Shown piece by piece: positions 35,381-48,049 of a stretch of DNA of 64,000 nucleotides. Below the pieces are notes generated by a model, which had not been told where the DNA came from, ran no database searches, and saw nothing but the letters and a program-made list of their open reading frames with translations. Position numbers and translations under genes: made by a program. Within the stretch, counting starts at the first letter, position 1, and every line of letters starts with the position of its first letter. Origin of the DNA: Escherichia coli (GTDB lineage: Bacteria; Pseudomonadota; Gammaproteobacteria; Enterobacterales; Enterobacteriaceae); the NCBI RefSeq assembly GCF_002854065.1, contig NZ_CP024147.1, one strand, 5' to 3'.

Positions 35381-35621
35381 TCAAATAGATAAAAATGGTC
35401 TGTCAGTATACCTGAACCAGAGGCGATTTCGGGACAATTGTCGCCGAATCGGCTTTCGAAAGTGGGCTATCATCCCACCCCGCGCCGCAGATTGCATCGC
35501 CATTTTTGTAAAACAATTTCTACAAAGTCGTGTCTGGCGGAAAAAGTCTGGCTGCGGAGAATATCAGCCTGCCCGGGGCTGTCAATGGTCGTTGCGGCTT
35601 ACCCGTAAAAAAACAGAAAAG

Positions 35622-36236
35622 TCATGCATTCTCGACCCCGATGGCACGGCTATTGAGGACGCGTAGCGTCGCGAATTTTTGGTTTATATCAATGGCGCTC
35701 CAACACCCCTGGTCAACGCGAAAATGCCACATAGACTCGGCAGGCATGCCAATTAGACGAGCAATTAACAGACTCAGTACGCCCTGATGGCTGACGACTA
35801 AAATATTCTGATAGTGCTGATATTCACTAAACCTTGCGATAAAGCGTTCCACTCGTTGCGAAAATGCCTGAAATCCTTCACCGTTCGTGGGGATAGCATG
35901 CTGCCAGTCATTGCACCACGCGCTATAGTTTTCGGCATCTTCTTGCATGAGGTCGCGATGATGTCGCATCTCCCAGTCGCCAAAAAACATTTCGTTGAGT
36001 TCAGGGATGATATGAACGGGCAGCTGGCGGTCACTGAGAACCAGTCGCGCGGTATGCTGTGCCCGTTCCAGTTCACTGCATAAAACCAGGTCAAAGGAAA
36101 CATCATCTAGCAGTGTATGCAGATTTTGCGCTTGCTCAATACCGCGTGCGGTCAGGGGTGTGGGAGCATGACCGCTGTACAGACCATCGACATTTGCTTG
36201 CGTTTCACCATGACGAATTAACCACAGTCGCATCAT
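35622..36236 (-). CDS. cobC: Histidine-phosphatase-family protein (alpha-ribazole phosphatase)
   Basis: 204-aa ORF with the phosphoglycerate-mutase-like RHGET motif. Confidence 0.9.
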   Translation of the reverse strand: MMRLWLIRHGETQANVDGLYSGHAPTPLTARGIEQAQNLHTLLDDVSFDLVLCSELERAQHTARLVLSDRQLPVHIIPELNEMFFGDWEMRHHRDLMQEDAENYSAWCNDWQHAIPTNGEGFQAFSQRVERFIARFSEYQHYQNILVVSHQGVLSLLIARLIGMPAESMWHFRVDQGCWSAIDINQKFATLRVLNSRAIGVENA

Positions 36237-36256
36237 GCCCTCCGTAACGACAGGTA

Positions 36257-36898
36257 TCAGCGATACAAGCCTTGTTGGTTAATGTAAGTCAGTACCGGTT
36301 CCGGCAATAAATCCTCACACGATTCACCGTTTTGCAAACGTTCGCGGATGATGGTCGCCGAGATGTTAAACCACGGCGTTTCAGCCAGATAAATTTTACC
36401 TGCAGGCTGAAGGTGAAGATCTTCCGGGTTATGTGTCAAATGATCTTCCAGCCATTGCTGGTATTGCGGTTGCGCCATTTCAAGTGGGTAACCTGGACGC
36501 CGACAGACGATCAAATGTGCATTGTCGAGTATCGTTTCGTATTCGTACCAGGTCGGAAAGGTCAGCAATGAATCCTGACCAATAATAAACGCCAGCGGCA
36601 CGTCCGGTCCTTGTTCCTGCCGCCACTCTTTCAGTGTTTGCGCAGTGTAAGAGGGGGCATTGCGCTTTAGCTCGCGTTCATCAAGAGTAAATAATGGCTT
36701 GTCGGCAATCGCCAGTTCAAGCATGTGTTTACGCTGCACGCTGTTCGCTTCCGGCTGGGGACGATGCGGAGGAACATTATTAGGGATTATTGTGACCCGC
36801 GTCAGACCAATCAAATTCGCCAGCGTTTCCACGGGTTTTAGATGACCATAGTGCACCGGATCAAAGGTGCCGCCAAACAGAGCCTGTAAAGATTTCAT
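36257..36898 (-). CDS. nadD: Nicotinate-nucleotide adenylyltransferase
   Basis: 213-aa ORF with the [11 protein letters not shown] motif. Confidence 0.95.
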
Positions 36899-36899
36899 A

Positions 36900-37931
36900 T
36901 CAACCGTCGATAAATACGTCCGCCAGGGGTTTATGGCACAACAGAAGAGATAACCCTTCCAGCTCTGCCCACACTGACTGACCGTAATCTTGTTTGAGGG
37001 TGAGTTCCGTTCGTGTCAGGAGTTGCACGGCCTGACGTAACTGCGGCTGACTTAAGCGATTTAACGCTTCGCCCATCATGCGCCGGCGGTTCTGCCATAC
37101 CCGATGCTTATCAAACAACGCACGCAGTGGCGTATGGGCAGACTGGCGTTTCAGGTTAACCAGTAACAACAGTTCACGTTGTAATGTGCGCAACAAAATA
37201 ACCGGCTCGCTGCCTTCCAGACGCAGTTGCTGAAGAATATGCAACGCGCGCTTACTTTTTCCCATCAACAAAGCATCAACCCAATGAAAAGGGGTGAAAT
37301 GCGCGGCATCATTCACCGCCTGTTCAACGCGCGGTAATGTCAGTTTGCCGTCTGGCCAGAGCAGCGATAAACGCTCCAGTGCCTGAGCCAGCGCCAGCAG
37401 GTTACCTTCATAACAGTAGCAGAGCACCTGATTTGCAGCGTCATCCAGTTCTAAGTTGAGCTGTTTTGCGCGCGCAGCAACCCAGCGGGGAAGCTGAGCC
37501 TGCTCCGGTGTCTGACAGGTCACCTGCACGCTGCGATTCGCAAGAGCAGTAAACCAGGCGGCATTTTCTTGCGCTTTGCTTAATTTATTACCGCGGACGA
37601 TCAACAGCAGGTCGTCATGCAGAAGTCCGGTGAGTGTGAGAAGTTGTTCATTGATCGCCGCATTCGGTCCGTTTTCTGGTAACAACAGCAATAGCGTTTG
37701 TCGACTGGCAAACAGACTCATAGCCTGGCATAACGAAAAGATCGCATTCCAGTCAGTGTTGGGATCAATGGAAAAAGTGTGGTGTTCTTCGAATCCTTGT
37801 GCCGCAGCTACCTGACGAACAGCGTCCTGGCTTTCCTGCAATAACAGAGGATCGTTACCAAGTAAAAGATACGCCGCGCGCAGCCCTTCATTGAGCTGCG
37901 CGCGGAGTTGTTCCGGGTACAACCGAATCAT
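36900..37931 (-). CDS. holA: DNA polymerase III delta subunit
   Basis: 343-aa ORF. Confidence 0.93.
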
Positions 37932-38512
37932 CAGTTACCCAGCGTGGTGGAGACGCGTGCAGGCGTTGCCGGAGTATCCGTTGTGGTCGACGTCTGTTCT
38001 TCGTCGGAACGAATATCCGCAGCACGGATGCTTGGCAGCTTACGAATCAGCTGTTCGGCAGCACGGTCGTACATCTCTTTTACGATCATGTCTTGTTCGT
38101 TATCTTTCGCTAACGCCATTTGCGGGTTATCAAAGAACGAACGGAAGACTTTGGCGCTAATCGGGTAGATATCACGGCCGGGGATCAACACGGTCGCATT
38201 CACCGTCATGATCATCTGATACTCTGCTGTTTGACCGTTACGGAATACCGATGCGGTATCTTTCGCGATGCTCACTTTACCCAAACGCAGGGATGGAACG
38301 TCCTTACGCGTGGTTTCTTTATCAAGCAACTCGACACCATTCAGACGTAACTGGTTACGCACCGCACGGCTTAATGGCCCGTTCGGATCGCCTGAGTCCA
38401 GGATCATGACCTTCATAGTGGAAGGAACCTGCGTGGTGTCACGCAGATGCCAGCCACACCCGGCGGTGATTAACACCGCCAGAGATAACAACAATGTTGC
38501 CAGATATCGCAC
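37931..38512 (-). CDS. lptE: LPS-assembly lipoprotein LptE
   Basis: 193-aa ORF with a lipobox (ITAGCGW). Confidence 0.93.
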
Positions 38513-38526
38513 GCTTCCTCCCGCGC

Positions 38527-41109
38527 TTAGCCAACGACCAGATTGAGGAGTTTACCTGGTACGTAAATCACTTTACGTACAGTAACGCCATCAAGATATT
38601 TTGCTACCAGATGTTCCTGGCCAGCACGTTCGCGAACCTGTTCTTCCGTTGCGTCCACCGGAACGGTGATTTTGGCACGGACTTTACCGTTAACCTGCAC
38701 CACGACCAGCGTGGAGTCTTCCACCATCGCTTTTTCGTCAGCAACCGGCCACGGCGCGTTGTCGATATCGCCTTCGCCTTTCAGTTCCTGCCACAGCGTG
38801 AAGCAAATGTGCGGGGTGAACGGGTTAAGCATACGGACAACGGCCAGCAGTGCTTCCTGCATCAGAGCGCGATCCTGCTCGCCATCGGTCGGTGCTTTCG
38901 CCAGTTTGTTCATCAGCTCCATAATCGCCGCAATTGCGGTGTTGAAGGTCTGACGACGGCCGATATCATCGGTCACTTTAGCGATAGTTTTATGCACATC
39001 GCGACGCAGCGCTTTCTGATCTTCAGTCAGTGCATCAACGTTCAGTGCCGCAACATCACCTTTCGCAGTATGCTCGTACACCAGTTTCCAGACACGTTTC
39101 AGGAAGCGGTTAGCCCCTTCCACGCCGGACTCCTGCCATTCGAGAGTCATATCAGCCGGAGAAGCAAACATCATAAACAGACGAACGGTGTCCGCGCCGT
39201 AACGTTCAACCATCACCTGCGGGTCGATACCGTTGTTCTTCGACTTGGACATTTTGCTCATGCCGGTATAAACCAGTTCATGGCCTGCCGCATCTTTCGC
39301 TTTCACGATACGGCCTTTCTCGTCACGTTCAACGATAGCATCAACCGGGGAAACCCAGTTACGTTCGCCGTTTTCGCCAACATAGTAGAAGGCATCTGCC
39401 AGCACCATACCCTGACACAGCAACTGTTTCGCTGGTTCGTCAGAGTTCACCATGCCTGCATCACGCATCAGTTTGTGGAAGAAGCGGAAGTAGAGCAGGT
39501 GCATAATGGCGTGTTCGATACCACCAATGTAGATATCCACCGGCAGCCAGTAGTTAGCCGCTTCGGAATCCAGCATACCTTCTTTGTACTGCGGGCAAGT
39601 GTAGCGCGCATAGTACCAGGAGGACTCCATAAAGGTGTCGAAAGTGTCGGTTTCACGCAGTGCTGGCATACCGTTAACGGTAGTTTTCGCCCACTCCGGA
39701 TCTGCTTTAATCGGGCTGGTAATGCCGTCCATTACCACATCTTCCGGCAGGATCACCGGCAGCTGGTCGTCCGGGGTCGGCATTACGGTACCGTCTTCCA
39801 GCGTCACCATCGGAATCGGCGCGCCCCAGTAACGCTGACGGGAAACACCCCAGTCGCGCAGGCGGTAGTTCACTTTACGCTCGCCAACGCCCATCGCAGT
39901 CAGTTTATCGGCGATGGCGTTGAAGGCCGCTTCATGGTCAAGACCGTTGAACTCGCCAGAGTTGAACAGCACGCCTTTTTCAGTCAGGGCTTGCTGAGAA
40001 AGATCTGGCTCAGAGCCGTCAGCCGCCAGGATAACCGGTTTGATGTTCAGGCCGTATTTAGAGGCAAACTCGTAGTCGCGTTGGTCGTGCCCCGGAACCG
40101 CCATTACTGCGCCCGTGCCGTACTCCATCAATACGAAGTTTGCTGCCCAAACGGGAATTTCTTCGCCCGTTAATGGGTGAACAGCTTTAAAGCCAGTATT
40201 GACGCCTTTTTTCTCCATCGTCGCCATTTCAGCTTCAGCAACTTTGGTGTTACGGCATTCGTCAATAAAGGCCGCCAGTTCAGGATTATTTTCCGCCGCT
40301 TTCTGCGCCAGCGGATGACCCGCAGCTACCGCCAGGTAGGTACAACCCATAAAGGTGTCCGGGCGGGTAGTGTAAACGGTCAGCGTGTTGTCATAGTCGT
40401 TAACGTTGAAGGTGATTTCCACGCCTTCGGAACGACCGATCCAGTTACGCTGCATGGTTTTAACGGTGTCTGGCCAGTGATCCAGTTTATCCAAATCGTT
40501 GAGCAGCTCGTCAGCGTAAGCAGTGATTTTGATAAACCACTGCGGGATCTCTTTACGTTCAACTTTGGTATCGCAGCGCCAGCAGCAGCCGTCGATAACT
40601 TGTTCGTTCGCCAGTACGGTCTGGTCGTTCGGGCACCAGTTGACCGCAGAAGTCTTCTTATATACCAGGCCTTTTTTATACAGCTCGGTGAAGAATTTCT
40701 GTTCCCAACGGTAGTATTCCGGCGTACAGGTTGCCAGCTCGCGGCTCCAGTCATAACCAAAGCCCAGCATTTTGAGCTGGTTTTTCATATACGCGATGTT
40801 GTCGTACGTCCACGGTGCCGGAGCGGTGTTGTTTTTCACCGCCGCGCCTTCCGCAGGCAGACCAAACGCGTCCCAGCCGATCGGCTGCAGAACGTTTTTG
40901 CCCAGCATGCGCTGGTAACGGGCGATCACGTCACCGATGGTGTAGTTACGTACGTGGCCCATGTGTAGTCGACCAGAAGGATAGGGAAGCATAGACAGGC
41001 AGTAATACTTCTCTTTGCTCTCGTCTTCGGTTACTTCAAATGTGCGCTTCTCATCCCAATGAAGCTGTACTTTGGATTCTATCTCTTCCGGGCGGTATTG
41101 CTCTTGCAT
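38527..41109 (-). CDS. leuS: Leucyl-tRNA synthetase
   Basis: ORF 38527..41133; start set at [11 protein letters not shown] for 860 aa; HMGH and KMSKS class-I motifs. Confidence 0.96.
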   Translation of the reverse strand: MQEQYRPEEIESKVQLHWDEKRTFEVTEDESKEKYYCLSMLPYPSGRLHMGHVRNYTIGDVIARYQRMLGKNVLQPIGWDAFGLPAEGAAVKNNTAPAPWTYDNIAYMKNQLKMLGFGYDWSRELATCTPEYYRWEQKFFTELYKKGLVYKKTSAVNWCPNDQTVLANEQVIDGCCWRCDTKVERKEIPQWFIKITAYADELLNDLDKLDHWPDTVKTMQRNWIGRSEGVEITFNVNDYDNTLTVYTTRPDTFMGCTYLAVAAGHPLAQKAAENNPELAAFIDECRNTKVAEAEMATMEKKGVNTGFKAVHPLTGEEIPVWAANFVLMEYGTGAVMAVPGHDQRDYEFASKYGLNIKPVILAADGSEPDLSQQALTEKGVLFNSGEFNGLDHEAAFNAIADKLTAMGVGERKVNYRLRDWGVSRQRYWGAPIPMVTLEDGTVMPTPDDQLPVILPEDVVMDGITSPIKADPEWAKTTVNGMPALRETDTFDTFMESSWYYARYTCPQYKEGMLDSEAANYWLPVDIYIGGIEHAIMHLLYFRFFHKLMRDAGMVNSDEPAKQLLCQGMVLADAFYYVGENGERNWVSPVDAIVERDEKGRIVKAKDAAGHELVYTGMSKMSKSKNNGIDPQVMVERYGADTVRLFMMFASPADMTLEWQESGVEGANRFLKRVWKLVYEHTAKGDVAALNVDALTEDQKALRRDVHKTIAKVTDDIGRRQTFNTAIAAIMELMNKLAKAPTDGEQDRALMQEALLAVVRMLNPFTPHICFTLWQELKGEGDIDNAPWPVADEKAMVEDSTLVVVQVNGKVRAKITVPVDATEEQVRERAGQEHLVAKYLDGVTVRKVIYVPGKLLNLVVG

Positions 41110-41344
41110 GGCAGCCAGTGGTCCTGTTTTCATTACGGCTACAAAAGTAGCGTTAGAGGTGGTTTTTCAGATCCGCATAGCATAGCCCAAACGTCCGCGT
41201 CAAAACAGCCTTTCGCGCACTCGACGTTGAAATGATGCCCGGATTATTCATACATTAATTTACAGAGTTTGTGGGCGTATTAGCAAAGCAAGGAACAAAG
41301 AACGTCTATTATTATAGTCAGTTAACGACCCGGGAGATGAAACG

Positions 41345-41827
41345 ATGAACAAGGTTGCTCAATATTACCGTGAACTGGTTGCGTCACTGAGCGAACGCCT
41401 GCGCAATGGCGAACGTGATATCGACGCACTGGTGGAACAGGCGCGCGAGCGCGTAATAAAAACAGGGGAGTTAACGCGAACCGAGGTCGATGAGCTGACG
41501 CGAGCTGTCAGACGTGACCTGGAAGAGTTCGCCATGAGCTATGAAGAGAGCCTGAAAGAAGAATCTGACAGCGTCTTTATGCGGGTGATTAAAGAAAGCT
41601 TGTGGCAGGAGCTGGCAGACATCACCGATAAAACGCAGCTTGAATGGCGCGAAGTTTTCCAGGACCTCAATCATCATGGGGTTTATCACAGCGGAGAAGT
41701 GGTCGGGCTGGGAAATCTGGTCTGCGAGAAATGTCACTTCCATCTCCCGATCTACACACCGGAAGTGCTGACGCTATGCCCGAAATGTGGTCATGACCAG
41801 TTCCAGAGACGCCCGTTTGAGCCGTAA
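41345..41827 (+). CDS. ybeL: Zinc-ribbon-containing protein (DUF1451 family)
   Basis: 160-aa ORF with a C-terminal CxxC...CxxC motif. Confidence 0.9.
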   Translation: MNKVAQYYRELVASLSERLRNGERDIDALVEQARERVIKTGELTRTEVDELTRAVRRDLEEFAMSYEESLKEESDSVFMRVIKESLWQELADITDKTQLEWREVFQDLNHHGVYHSGEVVGLGNLVCEKCHFHLPIYTPEVLTLCPKCGHDQFQRRPFEP

Positions 41828-41896
41828 TAGTCTGATTTCGCACAGCAATAAAGAGAATATGGGCCGAATGAAATTCCCCGGCCCTTGTTTTTATCT

Positions 41897-42874
41897 CTAC
41901 AGTAAATCTTCAGTCTCACGAATTTCCTGACTGACATCTCTGGTTCCGGATGACTGAACTTTACGATACAGGTCGAGAGCCTGTCGGAGATCGACAGGTC
42001 TTCCTTCTCCGTAGTGATACATAATGGCCAGGTTATACCAGGCAGTGGCGTCATTGCATTCAGCGGCTTTCGTAAACCATTCAAAGGCAGCCTGATAATC
42101 TTTCTCAACGCCTTGTCCGTGTTTATACATATAACCGATGTTGACGTAAGCGCCGACGCTCCCCTGAGCGGCAGCCTTCAGATACCAGTACATCGCTTGC
42201 TTATAGTCCTGGTCCACCCCTTCGCCAGCGTTATAATCCCATGCAATTTGAAACTGAGCATGCCGATTACCCTGCTGTGCGCTTTTCAAATACCAGAATG
42301 CGGCGAGTGTCTCGTTTTGAGCAACGCCTTTTCCGTCTTCATAAAGATCGGCCAGATTGTTTTGCGCGTCACTATGGCCTTGTAATGCAGCTTGTTTGTA
42401 CCAGAAAAATGCCAGCGTATAGTCTTGTGCGACTCCGTTGCCATTTCTGTACATCCACCCAAGATTATTTTGCGCATAAGACATTCCGCTCTCCGCGGCT
42501 ATCTGATACCAGGCAACCGCTTCTTTATAGTTGGGGTCTTCTCCACGATCCAGTATCCAGCCAAGGGCGTTGGAAGCGAAAGTATGGCCTTGTAGGGCAG
42601 CTTTTTTCAGCCAGAAGATGGCTTGCTCATTATCTTTATGACGGCTTTTATCCTCGGTATACTTTTGCCCTAAGGAATACTGTGCTTCACAATGACCTTG
42701 CTCAGCGGCCAGCTTCAGCCAGTAAAAGGCCTTTTCGTCGTCCGGAGAGTCAATTGCGCTATCGCGATTATAATAAAACCCAACAATATATTGAGCCTCA
42801 CTATCGCCTTGTTCAGCACGTTCGATAATCTCATCTATTGACAAATTATCGCAGCAACTTGACGTAAAAATCAT
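41897..42874 (-). CDS. ybeQ: Sel1-repeat (TPR-like) protein
   Basis: ORF 41897..42880; start taken at the second ATG (MIFTSSCCD) for 325 aa, though the ATG at 42880 is also possible; multiple Sel1-type repeats. Confidence 0.85.
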   Translation of the reverse strand: MIFTSSCCDNLSIDEIIERAEQGDSEAQYIVGFYYNRDSAIDSPDDEKAFYWLKLAAEQGHCEAQYSLGQKYTEDKSRHKDNEQAIFWLKKAALQGHTFASNALGWILDRGEDPNYKEAVAWYQIAAESGMSYAQNNLGWMYRNGNGVAQDYTLAFFWYKQAALQGHSDAQNNLADLYEDGKGVAQNETLAAFWYLKSAQQGNRHAQFQIAWDYNAGEGVDQDYKQAMYWYLKAAAQGSVGAYVNIGYMYKHGQGVEKDYQAAFEWFTKAAECNDATAWYNLAIMYHYGEGRPVDLRQALDLYRKVQSSGTRDVSQEIRETEDLL

Positions 42875-43037
42875 TATCATTTCCTTATGGTTGCAGATAA
42901 AAGATATTATATTTTTATGTGTTCCGTTTTTGCGTAAGTCTTATTTTATGCGTATTATGTTGTGTCGGAAAAGTATAAATAAATGAGCCTCGTAATGTAG
43001 TTTACATTCATTAAATGAATGTTTAAGGATAAATTAT

Positions 43038-43745
43038 ATGGACATAGAGTCGCAAAAAATATTGTTTGCACTTTCCACTCCGATGGAAATACGCAATGAA
43101 TGCTGTTTACCTTCGCATTCATCCCCCAAAATGTATTTAGGTACATGCTTTTTTGACCTTTCTTCCTCCTGGGGAATTGATGACCGTGATGACCTGCTGC
43201 GCACAATTCACCGAATGATCGATAACGGTCATGCCGCGCGGTTGGCAGGGTTTTATCACCGCTGGTTTCGTTATTCTCCATGTGAATGGCGTGACTATCT
43301 TGCTGAATTAAATGAGCAAGGTCAGGCTTATGCGCAATTTGTCGCCAGCACAGCCGAATGCTGTGGTGAGGGAGGAATTAAAGCATGGGATTATGTCCGG
43401 ATGGGTTTTTTAAGTCGAATGGGCGTACTTAATAACTGGTTGAGTGAAGAAGAAAGTCTATGGATCCAGTCGCGTATTCATCTACGGGCTCTACGTTATT
43501 ATAGTAACTGGCGGCAATACTTTGCCGGTTATACCTTTGGTCGGCAATATTGGCAGTCTCCCGAAGATGATAATCTGCCTTTATTACGTGAATTCTTAGC
43601 GCGTAAAGAATACGACGATTCCGGCAATGATATGTTTTATCAATTATTTGCCAGTGATGATGCGTATTACCCTACCTTGTCCTGGCAACCATTGGCTTAC
43701 TATTCTGCATGCCCGGAAACGCTTAAGGATATGAGCGACCTATGA
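43038..43745 (+). CDS. ybeR: DUF1266-like protein, paralog of YbeU
   Basis: 235-aa ORF sharing long identical blocks with YbeU (for example [20 protein letters not shown]). Confidence 0.9.
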   Translation: MDIESQKILFALSTPMEIRNECCLPSHSSPKMYLGTCFFDLSSSWGIDDRDDLLRTIHRMIDNGHAARLAGFYHRWFRYSPCEWRDYLAELNEQGQAYAQFVASTAECCGEGGIKAWDYVRMGFLSRMGVLNNWLSEEESLWIQSRIHLRALRYYSNWRQYFAGYTFGRQYWQSPEDDNLPLLREFLARKEYDDSGNDMFYQLFASDDAYYPTLSWQPLAYYSACPETLKDMSDL

Positions 43746-45169
43746 AAAATTGCTGGAAGATCCTCGAAATAGAGGAAACGACTGACGTCGATATTATCCG
43801 CCGCGCTTATCTGGCGCTGTTACCGTCCTTTCATCCAGAAACCGATCCGCAGGGTTTTAAACAACTTCGTCAGGCGTATGAGGAGGCGCTACGGATTGCG
43901 CAGTCGCCTGCTAAATCTGTTTGGCAACCAGAAGAATATGAGGTAGCAGAACATGAAATTCTGCTCGCCTTTCGTGCGTTACTTGCCTCTGATAGCGAAC
44001 GTTTTCTGCCCTCCGCCTGGCAGCGATTCATTCAGCAATTAAATTATTGCTCGATGGAAGAGATTGATGAATTACGCTGGTCGCTGTGCACAATCGCCAT
44101 GAACACTGCCCATTTATCCTTCGAGTGCGTGGTGTTATTAGCAGAAAGATTGCGGTGGTTGCAGGAGGAAAACGTCGGGGAAATAGACGAAGAAGAACTG
44201 GAATCCTTTTTATATGCCATTGCGAAGGGGAATGTTTTTAACTTCCAGACCATTCTGCATCTGCCCGTTGCCGTGCAAAATGACACCATCGATTTTTACC
44301 AAATGTTCGCTCGGATTTGGTCATCGCATCCAGAATGGCTGACATTGTATTTAGCGCAACATCGCGCAGTGATTATCCCCGATGATGCAAAACTGCACAG
44401 AAATTTACTCCGCTGGTATAGCGCAGGTCGCCTGGGAATTCCCGAACTCCTGGATTACGCCCGGTCGTGGCGGGAAGCTGAACCTGATAATGAAGATGCG
44501 CGTTATTATGAATACGCGCAACGCGTCTATTGTGGAGAAGGCGAAAGCCTGCTGGCAGAACTTTGTGACTACTGGCACGAGTATCCCTCCACTCAGGCGG
44601 ATGCTTTAATGTTGCAATGGTGCCGTCAGCATCGAGTCGATTATTACCCATTAGTGGTGATGATGATTGAAGCTCGCGAACTGGTTAACGACCAGGGAAA
44701 ACCGCTACTTTATGTCCCCGGCGACAGCGCCCGTACGCGTTTTCATTTATACGAAATACTCAGCGATGAAAAACTCTCTGCGCTGGGGCGTTCACTGGTC
44801 GAGATGGTTTTGCACAAAGGACGTAAGCCGCGGATCTCACTCAAGCGTGATACAGAACATACCTTATGGCCATTATATCTAGTTGCCAAACAATTAGTGC
44901 AGGCCAGCCAACCTACAGAAGAATCATTAATGCCGATTGTAAGCCGTCTTGATGCAGAAGATCGTTGTCCACTGGAAGCATTAATTATTCGTCGATTATT
45001 AATTCAGGCGGCGAATTTTACCGAGAAGCAGACTGTTGAACCGGAGCCGCAACCGCAGCCAATGCCCGTTGCCGATGGTGGGCCAGGCTGTCTGGGCATC
45101 ATTAAAATTATTTTCTATATTTTTATCTTTGCTGGTTTGATAGGGAAAATACTCCATCTGTTCGGGTGA
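43742..45169 (+). CDS. djlB: J-domain-like co-chaperone with C-terminal membrane anchor, paralog of DjlC
   Basis: 475-aa ORF with an N-terminal J-like domain, a Pro/Glu-rich linker and a C-terminal hydrophobic helix; ATGA overlap with the ybeR stop. Confidence 0.9.
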   Translation: MKNCWKILEIEETTDVDIIRRAYLALLPSFHPETDPQGFKQLRQAYEEALRIAQSPAKSVWQPEEYEVAEHEILLAFRALLASDSERFLPSAWQRFIQQLNYCSMEEIDELRWSLCTIAMNTAHLSFECVVLLAERLRWLQEENVGEIDEEELESFLYAIAKGNVFNFQTILHLPVAVQNDTIDFYQMFARIWSSHPEWLTLYLAQHRAVIIPDDAKLHRNLLRWYSAGRLGIPELLDYARSWREAEPDNEDARYYEYAQRVYCGEGESLLAELCDYWHEYPSTQADALMLQWCRQHRVDYYPLVVMMIEARELVNDQGKPLLYVPGDSARTRFHLYEILSDEKLSALGRSLVEMVLHKGRKPRISLKRDTEHTLWPLYLVAKQLVQASQPTEESLMPIVSRLDAEDRCPLEALIIRRLLIQAANFTEKQTVEPEPQPQPMPVADGGPGCLGIIKIIFYIFIFAGLIGKILHLFG

Positions 45170-45178
45170 CAGTCGACG

Positions 45179-45733
45179 TTAATGTGCGGGAAGCCCGGCA
45201 AGTAATCTTTCCGCATTTTTGTAATGTTGTTTGGCGGCCAGTTTTAACCATTTTTGAGATTCATAATGGTTAACATTAATACCTGAGCCATTTCTGTAGA
45301 TCAAACCTAAAGTATATTGAGCATGAGCATACCCTTGTTCAGCTGCTTCCTTATACCAGAGAATTGCTTTACGGGTGTCGGGTTTGACCCCCAGACCTTT
45401 GAGGTAGATCCACCCCAGTTTACTTTGCGCGCGTGGATTTTCCTGTTCCGCTGATTGCTCATACCAGTATCTCGCCTGTGTATAATCCAGTGGTTTACCG
45501 TCGCTACCATGAAGATAAAATTCTCCAAGGCGATATTGCGACGTTGAGTGACCATGAATCGCGGAAAGCTCCGTGGCTGCCGTGGTGAATGGAAGACTGC
45601 CCGGTGAGCTTAAATAATCAAAGGCATAATTCACCATGGCTTTATCACGCAACGTCGTTTTCTTGGGTTGGCTAATACAGGTAATTGCTGCAACTATAAA
45701 AATTGCGAATATATACATTAATTTTTTATTCAT
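45179..45733 (-). CDS. ybeT: Sel1-repeat protein with signal peptide
   Basis: 184-aa ORF with an N-terminal hydrophobic segment and Sel1-type repeats. Confidence 0.9.
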
Positions 45734-45834
45734 GTGTGAATGCTTCGATTTTCTTTTTATTTTGAAAGCGTCAAGTTTATACTCATCAATAATAAAAAAG
45801 TAGTCAGTTAATGCACTTAAGGGATTATTAACAA

Positions 45835-46542
45835 ATGAATAAGGAAGAACAATATTTTCTTTTTGCGCTTTCTGCGCCCATGGAAATACTTAATCAGGGT
45901 TGCAAACCCGCGCATGACTCGCCAAAAATGTATACCGGGATAAAAGAATTCGATCTCTCATCATCCTGGGGAATAAATAATCGTGATGATTTAATTCAGA
46001 CTATTTATCAGATGACTGATGATGGTCATGCTAATGATTTAGCTGGCTTATATCTGACATGGCATCGCTCTTCCCCTGAAGAGTGGAAAGCATTAATTGC
46101 TGGTGGCTCGGAGAGAGGGTTGATTTATACCCAATTCGTTGCCCAAACCGCTATGTGCTGTGGAGAAGGGGGAATCAAAGCTTGGGATTATGTTCGAATG
46201 GGGTTTCTGTCACGGGTCGGTGTGCTCAACAAGTGGCTGACGGAAGACGAGAGTTTATGGCTGCAATCGCGCGTCTATGTACGAGCTCACCATTACTATC
46301 ACAGCTGGATGCACTATTTTTCTGCCTATTCACTAGGGCGTCTCTACTGGCAATCTTCTCAGTGCGAAGACAACACTTCGCTACGCGAGGCGCTAACCCT
46401 GTACAAATACGATAGCGCCGGGAGTCGTATGTTCGAAGAACTGGCAGCGGGAAGCGATCGTTTCTATGCCACGCTTCCCTGGCAGCCATTAACTGTCCAG
46501 CCTGAATGCCCGGTAACGCTTAAGGATGTGAGCGACCTATGA
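45835..46542 (+). CDS. ybeU: DUF1266-like protein, paralog of YbeR
   Basis: 235-aa ORF. Confidence 0.9.
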
Positions 46543-47990
46543 AAACATGTTGGCAAATCCTCGAAATTGAAAGCACGACGCAAATAGACATTATCCGCCA
46601 GGCTTATCTTGCTCGCTTACCGTTATGTCATCCCGAAACCGATCCGCAGGGGTTTAAAGCATTACGCCAGGCCTATGAAGAGGCCCTGCGACTGGCGGTA
46701 AATCCTGTCGAGGAAGCAGATGATGAAGAAAAAGATGCCGCCGCTGAACATGAAATACTACGTGCATTCAGGACATTACTGGATTCAGAAAGTGATCGTT
46801 TTCAGCCTTCCGCCTGGCAGAAATTTATTCAGCAATTAAATACCTGGAACATGGAGGATGTCGATCAATTACGCTGGCCGCTGTGTGCAATCGCTATAGA
46901 AGCGCGATATCTTTCATTAAATTGTGCTTCTTTGCTGGCAGAGCGTTTGAACTGGCATTCGTTTAATGACAGCGAAGGAATAGATGAGGAAGAAAGGGAG
47001 GCTTTTCTTGAGGCCATTCAGGCTGGTGATTGTTTCGATTTCCTTAGCCTTCTGGAATATCCCATTGCGTTGCAGAACCAGACTGTTGAATATTACTTCG
47101 CGCTGGAACGTTGCTGTCGTTACCATCCTGACTATGTCACTGCGTTTTTGGCGATGGCAGGTCCGTGGTTAATTCCTGATGATGCGAAGTTGCATCGCAA
47201 ACTGTTGCGCTGGTACTGCTCGGTGCAAACAGGTATGGCGGAACTCATTCCTGTTGCCCAACAGTGGCAAACGGAAGAACCAGAAAGCGAAGATGCCCGG
47301 TATTACCAGTGTGCACAACGTTTGTACTGCGGCGAGGGGGAAAGCCTGCTTGCCGATCTCTGCGCGTACTGGGGAAGTTACCCATCTACACAAGCCGATA
47401 ATTTGTTGTTGCAGTGGAGCGCACAACATTGCCCGGATTATTTCGCGTTATTAGTGATGGTTATCGAAGCGCGGAGCATGGTAGATGCGCAAGGTAAACC
47501 GTTGAAATATGTTCCTGGTGAGAGCGCCCGGACGCGTCTGTTATGGGCGGAAATTTTACATAGCGGAAAACTATCGCCGTTAGGTCAATCGTTTATTGAG
47601 TCGCTATTCTTCAAACGCAAAGCATGGGCGTGGTGGAAATCGAGAGTCGGTAGCGAGACAGAAGAAGATTCACCGTTACTGGATTTGTATCGGGTAGCGG
47701 AACAGGTAGTACTTGAAGCGTTTCCGAAACAAGAGATGCTGGCCCGTCTTAATACAAGGCTGGAAGGCGGAGATGCTCATCCATTAGAGGCCATTATCAC
47801 CCGGATGCTGTTGACGAAAGTAAAACTCGAGCCGGAGGATGAAGATGTCGATGAGCCAACACCTGAAAACCATGAAGAAAAAAATGATGAGGATGAAAAA
47901 CCACAGAGCATTACCAGCATTATCAAAATCAGCTTAACGGTGCTGGTGATAGGTTATGCTCTCGGCAAAATCGCGATGTTGTTTAGTTGA
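46539..47990 (+). CDS. djlC: J-domain-like co-chaperone of HscC with C-terminal membrane anchor
   Basis: 483-aa ORF; ATGA overlap with the ybeU stop; acidic linker and C-terminal hydrophobic helix. Confidence 0.9.
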   Translation: MKTCWQILEIESTTQIDIIRQAYLARLPLCHPETDPQGFKALRQAYEEALRLAVNPVEEADDEEKDAAAEHEILRAFRTLLDSESDRFQPSAWQKFIQQLNTWNMEDVDQLRWPLCAIAIEARYLSLNCASLLAERLNWHSFNDSEGIDEEEREAFLEAIQAGDCFDFLSLLEYPIALQNQTVEYYFALERCCRYHPDYVTAFLAMAGPWLIPDDAKLHRKLLRWYCSVQTGMAELIPVAQQWQTEEPESEDARYYQCAQRLYCGEGESLLADLCAYWGSYPSTQADNLLLQWSAQHCPDYFALLVMVIEARSMVDAQGKPLKYVPGESARTRLLWAEILHSGKLSPLGQSFIESLFFKRKAWAWWKSRVGSETEEDSPLLDLYRVAEQVVLEAFPKQEMLARLNTRLEGGDAHPLEAIITRMLLTKVKLEPEDEDVDEPTPENHEEKNDEDEKPQSITSIIKISLTVLVIGYALGKIAMLFS

Positions 47991-48010
47991 CGATGTGTTT
48001 TTTGCGCCGA

Positions 48011-48041
48011 TGCCGGATGCAGCATTTACGCCGCATCCGGC
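48011..48041. repeat. REP-like palindromic element between djlC and hscC
   Basis: TGCCGGATGC...GCATCCGGCA inverted repeat. Confidence 0.55.
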
Positions 48042-48049
48042 AGCCGTGA

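Noticed and set aside
38494-40173. 559-aa plus-strand ORF
   Set aside because: It lies entirely antisense to leuS, which is unambiguous (HMGH and KMSKS motifs). This is a shadow ORF in GC-biased coding DNA.
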